The notes beneath the pieces are model-generated. The model was not told the DNA's origin. It saw nothing but the letters and a program-made list of their open reading frames with translations, and did not search any database. From IMG/VR virus record IMGVR_UViG_3300022876_000186, positions 1-57,249 of that record: 57,249 bases of DNA; one strand, 5' to 3'. The DNA is from a virus. Its lineage: Duplodnaviria > Caudoviricetes. Within the stretch, counting starts at the first letter, position 1. The number at the start of each line of letters is the position of its first letter. Positions 37,355 to 45,922 of this stretch are shown one piece after another. The translations under genes and the position numbers were made by a program.

Positions 37355-37779
37355 TGGACACGCTCCTTGACCATGGCTGCGTCGATCTCAGCATCCACAT
37401 CGGTCAAGACGGCATCGCTGGGGAACCAGTCTTGAATCAGCCAAATGAAAGTCTGCTTTTCCCGCAGCCAGCGGTACCGCTCGGCATGCTTGCGCAGATC
37501 CTCGTTCTCGGCCTTGAGCTGGTCGCGCTCTGCTTTGAACGATGCCGATAGCGATTGCTCTGCCTGGTCAAGACGGACAAACCAATCCTCGAACTTCTCC
37601 AGCCGCTCTATCTCCGTAAGCAGGGCCAGGATGGTCTTCGGCATGGCCTGCTGAAGAAAATCCTGCACGGCTTTGACTTCTTCAGGGGCCGATCCTACGG
37701 CCATAGTGATGTTCACATCGGTCGTGACTGTGTTGGCGGCCGCGGCCAGGGCCTTCAACTTCGCTTTGTCGACGCTCAT
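37351..37779 (-). CDS. Ead/Ea22-like hypothetical protein
   Basis: P.TILALLTEIERL and AERYRWLR motifs. Confidence 0.65.
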   Translation of the reverse strand: MSVDKAKLKALAAAANTVTTDVNITMAVGSAPEEVKAVQDFLQQAMPKTILALLTEIERLEKFEDWFVRLDQAEQSLSASFKAERDQLKAENEDLRKHAERYRWLREKQTFIWLIQDWFPSDAVLTDVDAEIDAAMVKERVQ

Positions 37780-38576
37780 GCTGCACCCCGCACGGCCTTG
37801 TCGTGGGTGTGCAGGCCGTCCCAGTTCTTCTTCATGGGCAGCTCGCCGGCCAGGTAGAGCTCGTAGAGGCGCACGGCGCCCTTGCGCAGCAGGATCGGCG
37901 TGTAGCTGATGAAGGGCTCCCGGCCGTGAGGTGTGATTTCCTGCTGATGCTCGGTCATGTACTTGTCGCGGGCATAGGCGGCGACGCGGTAGCGGGTACC
38001 GGACTTGCTCTCGTTGTAGAGCCAGTTGCGGCCTTCGAGGAAGTGACCCACCTGCATCACGTTGACCCCATTGAGGCCCTTGCAGAACTGGACGTGACTC
38101 ATGCCTTCCTTGAACAGGTTCTCCAGGTGGTCGATCTTCTTGGCCTGGGCCTCGACCTGGACGGTTAGCAGGACGCGGGCCTTCTCCGACTCCAGGGCCA
38201 TCTGGAGGATTTCCAGCTTGCTCAGGTCGGCGGATGCCGCCGGCGTGGCCTGGGCTTCGAGTTCACGCCAGCGTTTAATGACAGCCATGCGCATAGCGGC
38301 GCTGTAGCCGGTAAGCAGGCAGTCGGTGTGCTCACGGTCCAGGCAGTACTCGCGCCGAGCCCGGTTTTGCGAGTCGAAATAGATCTGTCCAAACTTGGAC
38401 GCATCTTCTTTCAGGTCGCCCAGCATCTTCTCGATATCGCGCTTGACGTGCTGATGCTGCTTTCCAGTCAGTTCGGCGATTTCGCGCGACGACATCGTGC
38501 GCGCCACGAAATCTTGGTTCGCGTTTTGTGGCGCGGGCCGGATGAGGGCCTGTACACTTTGGGTCTGCATATGCAT
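37776..38576 (-). CDS. Rha-domain / antirepressor-like protein
   Basis: TMSSREIAELTGKQH.HVKRDI Rha N-domain plus ANT/KilA-C-like C-domain. Confidence 0.85.
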   Translation of the reverse strand: MHMQTQSVQALIRPAPQNANQDFVARTMSSREIAELTGKQHQHVKRDIEKMLGDLKEDASKFGQIYFDSQNRARREYCLDREHTDCLLTGYSAAMRMAVIKRWRELEAQATPAASADLSKLEILQMALESEKARVLLTVQVEAQAKKIDHLENLFKEGMSHVQFCKGLNGVNVMQVGHFLEGRNWLYNESKSGTRYRVAAYARDKYMTEHQQEITPHGREPFISYTPILLRKGAVRLYELYLAGELPMKKNWDGLHTHDKAVRGAA

Positions 38577-38630
38577 AATTCCCTTCAGAGTTTTGTGTTG
38601 CAGAGAGCCGGGGTGCCACCCGGCTTTTTT
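38551..38630 (+). ncRNA. OOP/Sar-like antisense RNA unit (promoter, ~45-nt RNA, terminator)
   Basis: TGTACA-17-CATAAT followed by AGCCGGG/CCCGGCT-TTTTT terminator. Confidence 0.55.
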
Positions 38631-38661
38631 GTGCCCGCAATCCGGCCTTATCAGGGCCTAA

Positions 38662-38841
38662 TCAGGACTTTCGATGAAACGGGGTCACGACTCCTCGCGG
38701 GTTGCGAGGCTTGGTTCGGTTGGCCAGTTCTCGACGGATCAGCTCAGCTGCCAGCGCCTCAGGGCTTACGCCCCTTCTAATCGCCTCTTTCTCCAGCTGC
38801 TCCATCTGCCCCTGGTCCAATCCGATCTCTTCAATCGGCAT
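38662..38841 (-). CDS. Small RHH-like protein (59 aa)
   Basis: Manual ORF MPIEEIGLDQGQMEQLEKEAIRRGVSPEALAAELIRR..., GGAGG RBS. Confidence 0.65.
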   Translation of the reverse strand: MPIEEIGLDQGQMEQLEKEAIRRGVSPEALAAELIRRELANRTKPRNPRGVVTPFHRKS

Positions 38842-38859
38842 GGGGCCTCCTAAGGGCCT

Positions 38860-39048
38860 TCAGGCCACGTGCTGATCGCCGGTATTCTCCGAAGCCAGGG
38901 CGGCCAGCTGAGCCTCCAGCAGCTCACGGCAAAGCACTGCGCGCTGGGTGCGATGAAACTTCGCTAGCGCCTGGATCAGCTCAAAGGTGTCCTCATCGAC
39001 CCGGACCTTGATCTCACGGTCATGCAGGTGCTTGGGGTTGGCGTACAT
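38860..39048 (-). CDS. Small RHH-like regulator in the cII position
   Basis: IKVRVDEDT..LIQALA....QRAVLCRELL; follows cro. Confidence 0.7.
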   Translation of the reverse strand: MYANPKHLHDREIKVRVDEDTFELIQALAKFHRTQRAVLCRELLEAQLAALASENTGDQHVA

Positions 39049-39080
39049 GCTTGGGTGGCTCCTTGCGGCTATGAAATTGG

Positions 39081-39296
39081 TTAGGCGGCGACTTGTGCAG
39101 GTGGGAATGCATCGTCAAGAGCGCAATTGGCGCCAAGGACGTTCAGCGCTTCCACAATGAGTCGCGCCTCTTGCAGGCCTGGGTTGCGAAGGCCTGATTC
39201 GTAGTTGGCCAGGCGGGACTGATTCCAGCCGAGCTGACGGCGCAGCGCTGCCTGGGTAACGCCAGCCCTTTCGCGAATCGTTCGGACTTGGTTCAT
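39081..39296 (-). CDS. cro: Cro-like repressor
   Basis: XRE HTH, divergent from cI, GGAGG RBS. Confidence 0.88.
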   Translation of the reverse strand: MNQVRTIRERAGVTQAALRRQLGWNQSRLANYESGLRNPGLQEARLIVEALNVLGANCALDDAFPPAQVAA

Positions 39297-39321
39297 ACGG
39301 TCTTCCTCCATTGATGACCGA

Positions 39322-39387
39322 AGGATAAACACGCATCGTGTTAATTGCAAACACAATAAGTGAAAGCCGGCTATTTCGTTTCGTGAT
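39322..39387. promoter_or_regulatory. pR promoter and three OR operators
   Basis: Minus-strand TTGCAA-17-TATCCT; 15-bp sites AACACGCATCGTGTT (39328), AACACAATAAGTGAA (39350), ATTTCGTTTCGTGAT (39373). Confidence 0.8.
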
Positions 39388-39399
39388 GAAATTCCGCGC

Positions 39400-40206
39400 A
39401 TGAACGAATCATTGAGCCAGCGCATCAAGCGCCTGAGAAAAGCCAAAGGGATGTCCCAAGCCCAGCTTGCTGAGGCCTGCGGCTGGAAATCGCAATCCCG
39501 GGTTGGTAACTATGAGGTAGGCACTCGCGAGCCTACCCTGGCAGATATCGCCTCGATGGCAGCAGCCTTGGGCGTAGATCAGTCCGAGTTGCTCCTGAAT
39601 TCGCCGGCGCCAGAACCGGCTGCCGCGCCTGAGCGGAGCATGGCCGACCTTGTGAAGCAGATGCTCGCAAAGAGCGGGAAAGGGTTTTCTGAAGAGGCGC
39701 GCCGCCGGCTTCTTGCGGCAGCTGAGGAGCCGCAGCCTTCAAACGTGATCGAGGCCGACTTCTCTCGCCCAGGCCTGGTAGGTGATGAGGTGTGGATTGC
39801 CCACTACGATGTCCGGGCCTCGATGGGCGGTGGCCAGAACGCGCACGACTTCCCAGAACTGATCAAGGACATTCGCGTCAGCCCGAGCCATCTCCGTGAG
39901 CTGGGCGTCGAATTCGAAGAGCACTTCCACCTGAAGGTCGTCACCGGCTGGGGCCAGTCGATGGAGCCCACCATCAAGCATCGCGACCCGCTGATCGTGA
40001 ATATTAACGTCCGCGACTTCGTGGGCGATGGGGTGTACCTCTTCGTCTGGGATGACCTGCTCTACATTAAGCGCCTGCAGGTGGCTGATGAGGATCACTA
40101 CGAGATGATTTCGGACAACCCGCGGCACAAGGATCGACTCATCCGACGGGACATGACCTACATCCAGGCCCGGGTGCTGCTAGTCTGGAACGCGCACCTG
40201 GTGTAG
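39400..40206 (+). CDS. cI: CI repressor (HTH plus S24 autopeptidase)
   Basis: N-terminal HTH, GQSMEP and IKRL catalytic motifs; no RBS, possibly leaderless as in lambda. Confidence 0.95.
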   Translation: MNESLSQRIKRLRKAKGMSQAQLAEACGWKSQSRVGNYEVGTREPTLADIASMAAALGVDQSELLLNSPAPEPAAAPERSMADLVKQMLAKSGKGFSEEARRRLLAAAEEPQPSNVIEADFSRPGLVGDEVWIAHYDVRASMGGGQNAHDFPELIKDIRVSPSHLRELGVEFEEHFHLKVVTGWGQSMEPTIKHRDPLIVNINVRDFVGDGVYLFVWDDLLYIKRLQVADEDHYEMISDNPRHKDRLIRRDMTYIQARVLLVWNAHLV

Positions 40207-40208
40207 CC

Positions 40209-40472
40209 ATGCCCCTAACCAAGCTCAACCAAGAACTCCGCCGCGACCTCCAGGGCCTGGCCTCTGACCTGAAATGGTCGGCAGTCGAGCTGATGCGGAT
40301 TGCGGTACGCCTGAGCGAGGCCGGGAACGAACCAGACGCCCAGGCCGTGATCAGGATCTGCCAGGTGATGCAGGCTGGGGAGGATCGGTTGGTGGGGTAT
40401 GGGGATGAGGTGAAGGTGGGGCGGATTGCGTGTACGAAAAGTGACCCCGCAAGCTATGGGGGCTGTGGATAG
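40209..40472 (+). CDS. Hypothetical protein co-transcribed with cI
   Basis: Starts 2 nt after the cI stop. Confidence 0.65.
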   Translation: MPLTKLNQELRRDLQGLASDLKWSAVELMRIAVRLSEAGNEPDAQAVIRICQVMQAGEDRLVGYGDEVKVGRIACTKSDPASYGGCG

Positions 40473-40565
40473 GGCATGGTGTATATTGTGGCGGCACGGG
40501 CATGCCGCCTTCAATGAATACATCATAAATTAATAAATAATTAAGTTTTTACTGAGCGCATAACA

Positions 40566-42566
40566 ATGGATGGATCCACAGGGTTTGTTCCAAGGGAGTT
40601 TTCTGGTACAACCAAAATCACTGACAGAGGCATACGAAATCACTTTAGCAAGTCAGTATCCCCTTGGAGACCCCTGGCTGAGCTAATTTGGAACGGGTTC
40701 GATGCGAAAGCTAAGCATGTGTCCGTCAACATTGATACAAACAACCTTGGCGGCGTTGAGTCCATCACTGTTCTAGATGATGGTCACGGAATTGATGTCG
40801 AAGGTAGCGACTCTAGCTTCTTTAACTTTCGTGACTCGAAAAAAAAGAGATCACATGACGTTCATGGTGAAAAAGGTATCGGGCGCCTATATTTTCATAA
40901 AATATGCAACCGCGCTGATTGGTACACAAAATCTGCCGGGACAGATGCAAAACTTACTGTTCATAGCGCCGCACTGGACAAGGTTGAAGCCTCCACAATT
41001 CCGTCAGGCAGCCAACATGCATTACTTTCAAATTTAGTCTCGGGAACTTGTGTAGAGCTGACTAGGTTCTCTGAGCCATACCTTAGTCCCGAAAACATCG
41101 TCAAATGTCTGTCTCTTGAATTTGGCTGGTACTTAGCAATTAACCCTAGCAAAACCATAACTTTGAATGGAGCAAAGATCCTTCCTCCAGATCATAGCTC
41201 AGCAACAACCTCGCTAAACATTGATGGTCAGCTTTTTGAGGTAAAGCTGATTCATTGGGCAGACAAGCCTACTTCGGGAAAGTCATACATTTACTACACC
41301 TCCTCCAAAGACAAAGTCGTAGACTACGCCCTCAGCAGCCTCAACCAAAAACCAGGCTATCATACAACTCTCGCAGCACGCTCAGCTTGGTTTGACGCAT
41401 CCGAAGTCGATAATGATAGCCTAAACCTGTCGTTTGGCACATTGACACAGACCAAGATATGGAAATCTCTGCAAAAGCAAATTAGTGACTTCGGCCAAGA
41501 ACACTATAAGAAATTTCTTGTCAGCAAAGCCGACGAGCAGCTAGAACAACTCGAGATTGATGGCGAGCTGCCCAGCTTTGAAGGTGCAAGCAAAGGATAT
41601 GCAGAGTGGCGATTAGGCCACCTCAAAAATATACTTCGAGTCATTCTAATATCCGACCCAAAAGTATTTAAAGATAGTAATAAAAAACAGAGAAAACTTG
41701 TAATAAGATTATTGGACAGGCTCGCCATCTCCAATGAGAATGATGCCATATTCGAGGTTCTCGAAAGCGTACTCGACTTGGATGATTCCTCTATGCGCGT
41801 TTTTTCTGATCAAATTAGAACAGCAAAACTGAACAACATCGTTAGCACCATCGAAAAACTTCAGCACCGTGAAGACGCTATATCTAGAATTTCTGAGATC
41901 ATGCTACACCACTACAAGGACGTTCTTGAAACCCCTGACCTACAGGGTGTAATTGAGGCGAATACGTGGCTCTTTGGAAGCCAATACGAAACCATTGGCG
42001 CAGAAGAAACTACCTTTACTAAAATTGCTCAGAATTTACGAGATAAAGTAAAAGGAATCGACCACGTCTCCGAAGATGATGTTGAAGATGGTGCAACTGT
42101 AGTCGGGGCAAATCGACAAACAGATCTTTTTCTGGTTAGGCGCAGCATGCAGCATGACTCAATAAACAATCAGCCTTATTTCAAATGTGTGATCATTGAA
42201 ATCAAGCGCCCCAGCATTGCGCTCAATAAAAACCACCTGCGACAAATTGATGATTACGCAGGAATATTGGCTAAGCATCCGAGCTACCAGGGAATTCAAA
42301 CCAGATACGAAATAATCCTGCTCGGCCGTAAAATCTCGGCAGTTGATTACGACATTGGAGAAAGACTTGAGCAGCTAGCAGACAGAAACGACCCCGGACT
42401 GGTTGGAGCTGGTTTAATCAAAAAGTATGTGAAGACGTGGCAGTCCATCGTCGAAGAGTTTCGTTTGTCGAATCATTATTTACTCAACACACTCCAGAGT
42501 CAGCGCGATGTGTTAGAGGAGTCCAAGGCTGAGTTGCTCACCAATCTGCAAGCTGGTGCCCACTGA
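40566..42566 (+). CDS. GHKL ATPase fused to PD-(D/E)xK nuclease, candidate anti-phage protein
   Basis: ELIWNGFDA, DDGHG, GEKGIGR, GT motifs; C-terminal TDLFL..IIEIKRP..QIDDY; low GC. Confidence 0.8.
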   Translation: MDGSTGFVPREFSGTTKITDRGIRNHFSKSVSPWRPLAELIWNGFDAKAKHVSVNIDTNNLGGVESITVLDDGHGIDVEGSDSSFFNFRDSKKKRSHDVHGEKGIGRLYFHKICNRADWYTKSAGTDAKLTVHSAALDKVEASTIPSGSQHALLSNLVSGTCVELTRFSEPYLSPENIVKCLSLEFGWYLAINPSKTITLNGAKILPPDHSSATTSLNIDGQLFEVKLIHWADKPTSGKSYIYYTSSKDKVVDYALSSLNQKPGYHTTLAARSAWFDASEVDNDSLNLSFGTLTQTKIWKSLQKQISDFGQEHYKKFLVSKADEQLEQLEIDGELPSFEGASKGYAEWRLGHLKNILRVILISDPKVFKDSNKKQRKLVIRLLDRLAISNENDAIFEVLESVLDLDDSSMRVFSDQIRTAKLNNIVSTIEKLQHREDAISRISEIMLHHYKDVLETPDLQGVIEANTWLFGSQYETIGAEETTFTKIAQNLRDKVKGIDHVSEDDVEDGATVVGANRQTDLFLVRRSMQHDSINNQPYFKCVIIEIKRPSIALNKNHLRQIDDYAGILAKHPSYQGIQTRYEIILLGRKISAVDYDIGERLEQLADRNDPGLVGAGLIKKYVKTWQSIVEEFRLSNHYLLNTLQSQRDVLEESKAELLTNLQAGAH

Positions 42567-42782
42567 TTCTTGTGCTTAACCCAGCACCAGGATTCTTGTT
42601 TCTGCCCTGCCGGCCTCGGCGGGCTTTTTCATGCCTTCACGCTTTTTTCACGCCCTACCCTGCACAGTCAAGGCTCATCCGATCTCCCTACGTTAGCCCG
42701 CATAGCAGTGCGGGCTTTTCTTTGGCTGCGTGATGGCTCAGGGCCAGAATGGTAGGATGGCAATTTCTCAGGAAGAGCTCAG

Positions 42783-43208
42783 ATGCGTAAATACCTGTCC
42801 GCCTCCCTTTTCGCCGCGACCCTTTGGTCAGGCCTGGCCCTCGCGGAGCCTACCTACATCGAAAAGATGACCGGCCTCCCTGCCATTTGTAGCCTTGACG
42901 CCATGCACGAAGAAACAAAGGTCTGGGCTGCTGCAAAAAAATATGGGGAAGGCAGTAAGCGCTGGTCAGAAGCATTCCATCGCCGCCTGGAGGTGGTTAG
43001 GACCTGCGTAGATGATGCCAAAGATAAGGGAAAGGCTTTATATAAGGCCGAGGTTGATCGCCTTCCATCCATGAAGGCGGAACTGGTTAGCATGTACGTG
43101 TCGTGGCTCACGTACCTCGACCATCTCATTGACGAGGACCGCGAAGCCTATGAGCGCAAGTATGAGCTTTCCGCGAATCAGCTGAAGGCTCAAATCGACT
43201 CGATGTAG
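42783..43208 (+). CDS. Secreted/periplasmic moron protein
   Basis: Signal peptide ending ALA-EP, two Cys, flanked by terminators. Confidence 0.75.
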   Translation: MRKYLSASLFAATLWSGLALAEPTYIEKMTGLPAICSLDAMHEETKVWAAAKKYGEGSKRWSEAFHRRLEVVRTCVDDAKDKGKALYKAEVDRLPSMKAELVSMYVSWLTYLDHLIDEDREAYERKYELSANQLKAQIDSM

Positions 43209-43310
43209 TCCTCCATTGCTCCGAAGAGCCCCTAGCGCGGGCTTTTCTTTGCCTATGTTTTGCAGATGGCCGCAGGAGCTGTCTGCGGCCGTCGCCAAGC
43301 TTGCCTATAG

Positions 43311-43568
43311 TCAGGCGCGGATCACCTCAAGGCGATCCCGGCCGGCCGGTGTGATGGCGTTCTCCCCTTCATCGCTAATGCGATACCGTCCGGACACCAT
43401 CTTGGTTATTGAGAATCGGACCAGCCCGCTTTGGGATAAGGCTTCGCCAGCTTCAAAGCTCATCGCCTGCTCCAAGTCGAAGATTTTGATTTCTCCGATT
43501 TTGTAGCGGGCGAAGGCTACCAGGGCGTTATCCAATTCTTGTTGGCTGATCTTTCGAGCGACTTCCAT
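43311..43568 (-). CDS. Hypothetical protein (wHTH-like C-terminus)
   Basis: GGAGG RBS; ITPAGR motif; downstream of repeated module copy 2. Confidence 0.65.
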   Translation of the reverse strand: MEVARKISQQELDNALVAFARYKIGEIKIFDLEQAMSFEAGEALSQSGLVRFSITKMVSGRYRISDEGENAITPAGRDRLEVIRA

Positions 43569-43589
43569 TCGACCTCCCAGGTCATGAGA

Positions 43590-43703
43590 GCCCCGGTCCG
43601 TGGGATTGGAGGCAACGAACCGAGTGGTTTGTTGAAGGCGGACCGTACTACGCCACCACAGATGTCGCTACTGGCTTTCCATCCATGCTGGATGGGTGGG
43701 CAG
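43590..43703 (-). promoter_or_regulatory. Repeated moron promoter/leader module, copy 2
   Basis: 25 of 26 nt identical core and a covarying hairpin shared with 13579-13696. Confidence 0.7.
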
Positions 43704-43720
43704 GCCATAGATTCCATCTG

Positions 43721-44047
43721 CTAGAAAGGCGCCTCCTCCTCTACCCTTTCCTCCTCCCAATCCCTCTCCACGACCATGTCGTCTCGATCGTCTGCGCTCT
43801 GCGGTTCCCACCGAATGGTCACGCTCTCGTCGTCGTTGAACGTCAGATCCAGCTCTGGCGTTTCGGCCAGCAGCCCCATTACCTCCTCCCACTCCATGTC
43901 TCCATCCGTGTCCAGGCGATGGATCGTCACCCAGCGCTGAGCCTGCGCGCTCGGGTGATTGATCATCGACGAAACCCGCAGGCCCAGGCGTTCTAGCCCG
44001 GTCATTTCCTGGCGCGCCTGCGGCACCGACTTCTTCTGCTTGGCCAT
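43721..44047 (-). CDS. DUF1654-like protein, LexA-box preceded
   Basis: ERLGLRVSSMINHP.AQ...W.EV pattern recalled from Pseudomonas DUF1654; GGAGG RBS. Confidence 0.7.
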   Translation of the reverse strand: MAKQKKSVPQARQEMTGLERLGLRVSSMINHPSAQAQRWVTIHRLDTDGDMEWEEVMGLLAETPELDLTFNDDESVTIRWEPQSADDRDDMVVERDWEEERVEEEAPF

Positions 44048-44062
44048 TCATTCCTCCGTAAA

Positions 44063-44078
44063 CTGTACATACATCCAG
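44063..44078. promoter_or_regulatory. LexA (SOS) box
   Basis: CTGTACATACATCCAG = CTG-N10-CAG with AT-rich core, next to the RBS of 43721-44047. Confidence 0.8.
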
Positions 44079-44095
44079 TAGTGGGCAGAGCATAC

Positions 44096-44203
44096 ATCAC
44101 GCCTTGTGAAAGGTGAACACGCTTCGCTTGGAAGAATTCCAACACGGCCTCGAAAAAATAAATCACATTTCGTGTTGACATAAAAAACACATTGCGTGAT
44201 ATT
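44096..44203 (+). promoter_or_regulatory. pL promoter and OL operators
   Basis: TTGACA-17-GATATT; operators ATCACGCCTTGTGAA (44096), ATCACATTTCGTGTT (44162), AACACATTGCGTGAT (44186) match the OR consensus. Confidence 0.85.
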
Positions 44204-44255
44204 TGCCCCAACACGCAGTCACTCACGAGGGGCTGCAGAGGCCCTCAAGCCTCAC

Positions 44256-44264
44256 CGCTCTTTA
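44256..44264 (+). promoter_or_regulatory. boxA-like antitermination element
   Basis: CGCTCTTTA about 50 nt downstream of pL. Confidence 0.6.
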
Positions 44265-44537
44265 GCGACACACCTTGCCGGATCGACACCGGCCCAGATT
44301 CAAAGGCAGCGATGGACAGGCCTCAACAGTCCAGAGGGGTGGCAACTGCCCCGGGCGTGCAGCGTAAATCGCCGAGATCAGTTATCCAGCGGGAAGAAAT
44401 GCCGAGAGGCCCGCGGCTGGAGGAACAACGAGATTTGAGCCAGCGACCGACGCCAGTAGCGGGTCGCGGCGAGACAGAACGATTTACTGATGCCGGTTCG
44501 CTGAGCCGGCATTGGAAATCAACTGGAGTGACACGAC

Positions 44538-44672
44538 ATGAATCGCAAGCAATTCCGCAAAGCCCGCGTCGCCGTGAAGCACGACCGCATCAACAACACC
44601 TGCAACTGCCTCGTTCCGGGTTACGAAAAGGCGCTGATCCTTGAGCTGATGCACCGCCCACGCTCCTGGTGA
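44538..44672 (+). CDS. Small basic protein (44 aa), first gene of the pL operon
   Basis: Manual ORF MNRKQFRKARVAVKHDRINNTCNC..., GGAG RBS. Confidence 0.6.
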   Translation: MNRKQFRKARVAVKHDRINNTCNCLVPGYEKALILELMHRPRSW

Positions 44673-44730
44673 TTTCACTCGCAGCCATTCCTATGAGTGG
44701 CTGCTGGGAAATCAACCCGAGGGCATTCAC

Positions 44731-45036
44731 GTGAACAAAGAAGAAATCTACGACGACCAAATCAGCCCGCTGATGCAAAGTATCATCGGCATCTGCCGTG
44801 AGCACGGCATTGCAATGATCGCCAGCTTCAACATCGCCCACGACGGTGAAGGCCCGAACGGCGAAGACTGCTCCCGCCTTACCTGCACCTCCCATCTGCC
44901 TGATGGTGAAGGCGCTTTCGATGAGCGATTCAGTAAGGCCGCCGTGGCGATTCAGAAAGGCGCACCACACCACATCAGCATGAACATCGCCACGCAGCAC
45001 GCCGATGGCACCCGCACCCTGACGGCAGTTATTTGA
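44731..45036 (+). CDS. Hypothetical protein
   Basis: KEEIYDDQISPLM..II.IC.EHGI; GAGG RBS, GTG start. Confidence 0.75.
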   Translation: MNKEEIYDDQISPLMQSIIGICREHGIAMIASFNIAHDGEGPNGEDCSRLTCTSHLPDGEGAFDERFSKAAVAIQKGAPHHISMNIATQHADGTRTLTAVI

Positions 45037-45085
45037 TTCCCTGACAGCCGGAAAGACGGCCCGATGCCCTGCTCCCCATCGCAGG

Positions 45086-45247
45086 CTGCATCGGAGTGTG
45101 ATCTGAATGCGCAGGCTGATGCGCGAGTGGATTTACAGCGTGGCCGGTAATTGTGCCGGACCTGCTGGGTGTGTGGGCGTAAGCCCCGGAGTTATTGACC
45201 AAACCCATGCCGGAGATCAGCGCCGGCCAGATCACACCCCGATGCAG
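45086..45247 (+). ncRNA. Candidate multibranch RNA with kissing loops
   Basis: 20-bp closing stem (1 mismatch); loops GCTGAT and ATCAGC are complementary. Confidence 0.6.
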
Positions 45248-45505
45248 TTTTCATCGATTTAAAGCGCATCACCGTTGGCCTTATGCAAGTTAAGGCTCAC
45301 CGCAATAAAGATTGATCGACGTACACGCAGGCGAATCCGGGGCCAGTCGGCCAGGCCAGATGCATGTGAGGTAGCGCTCACCGCCTGCACCCCTTCCCTT
45401 CACATCGACCGCATTGGCAGGCGCCAGGCCACCTTTCACGGTGGGTTTGGTCACCCGCGCCTGGCTCCTGACCAATGCGGCCGCATAACCCACCTGGAGA
45501 TCGCC

Positions 45506-45922
45506 ATGGGCGCACTTCGAGCAGCACAGTTTGAGTACGACACCCGGATGCCGCCGGCGGTGAGCGAAATAGCTGACACGGAATCCACTTGGATCGACGA
45601 CGGCATCGCTGAGCTGATGGCGCGCCGCGACGTAGTGTTTCAGCGCCGGATGCGCCCGAAGCAGGGCGTCACCTATGAGCGCTTCGCCCAGGCGGTGGAT
45701 GAGTTCGTTATGGGCCAGCTGGGCCTGAATGGCATCAGCAGCTCGGTGCTGGGCCGCCTGGTTCTGGCGGCGCGCTGCAAAGTGACCAGCGACGCAGCAG
45801 CGGCAGCTGACGAGATCATGAGCGTGGCCAACCCTGAGTCGGCTCTGGAAGAGATCGCCCGCCAGCTGCTCACCCCCTTCGCCAAAGAAGGAGTGCTGGC
45901 CCAGGCTGAGGAGGCTCAATGA
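45506..45922 (+). CDS. Hypothetical protein
   Basis: GGAG RBS before MGALRAAQFEYD. Confidence 0.75.
   Translation: MGALRAAQFEYDTRMPPAVSEIADTESTWIDDGIAELMARRDVVFQRRMRPKQGVTYERFAQAVDEFVMGQLGLNGISSSVLGRLVLAARCKVTSDAAAAADEIMSVANPESALEEIARQLLTPFAKEGVLAQAEEAQ

Noticed and set aside
45327-45392. Canonical tRNA gene
   Set aside because: No TTC T-loop, D arm or 7-nt anticodon loop; kept only as a tRNA-like fold.
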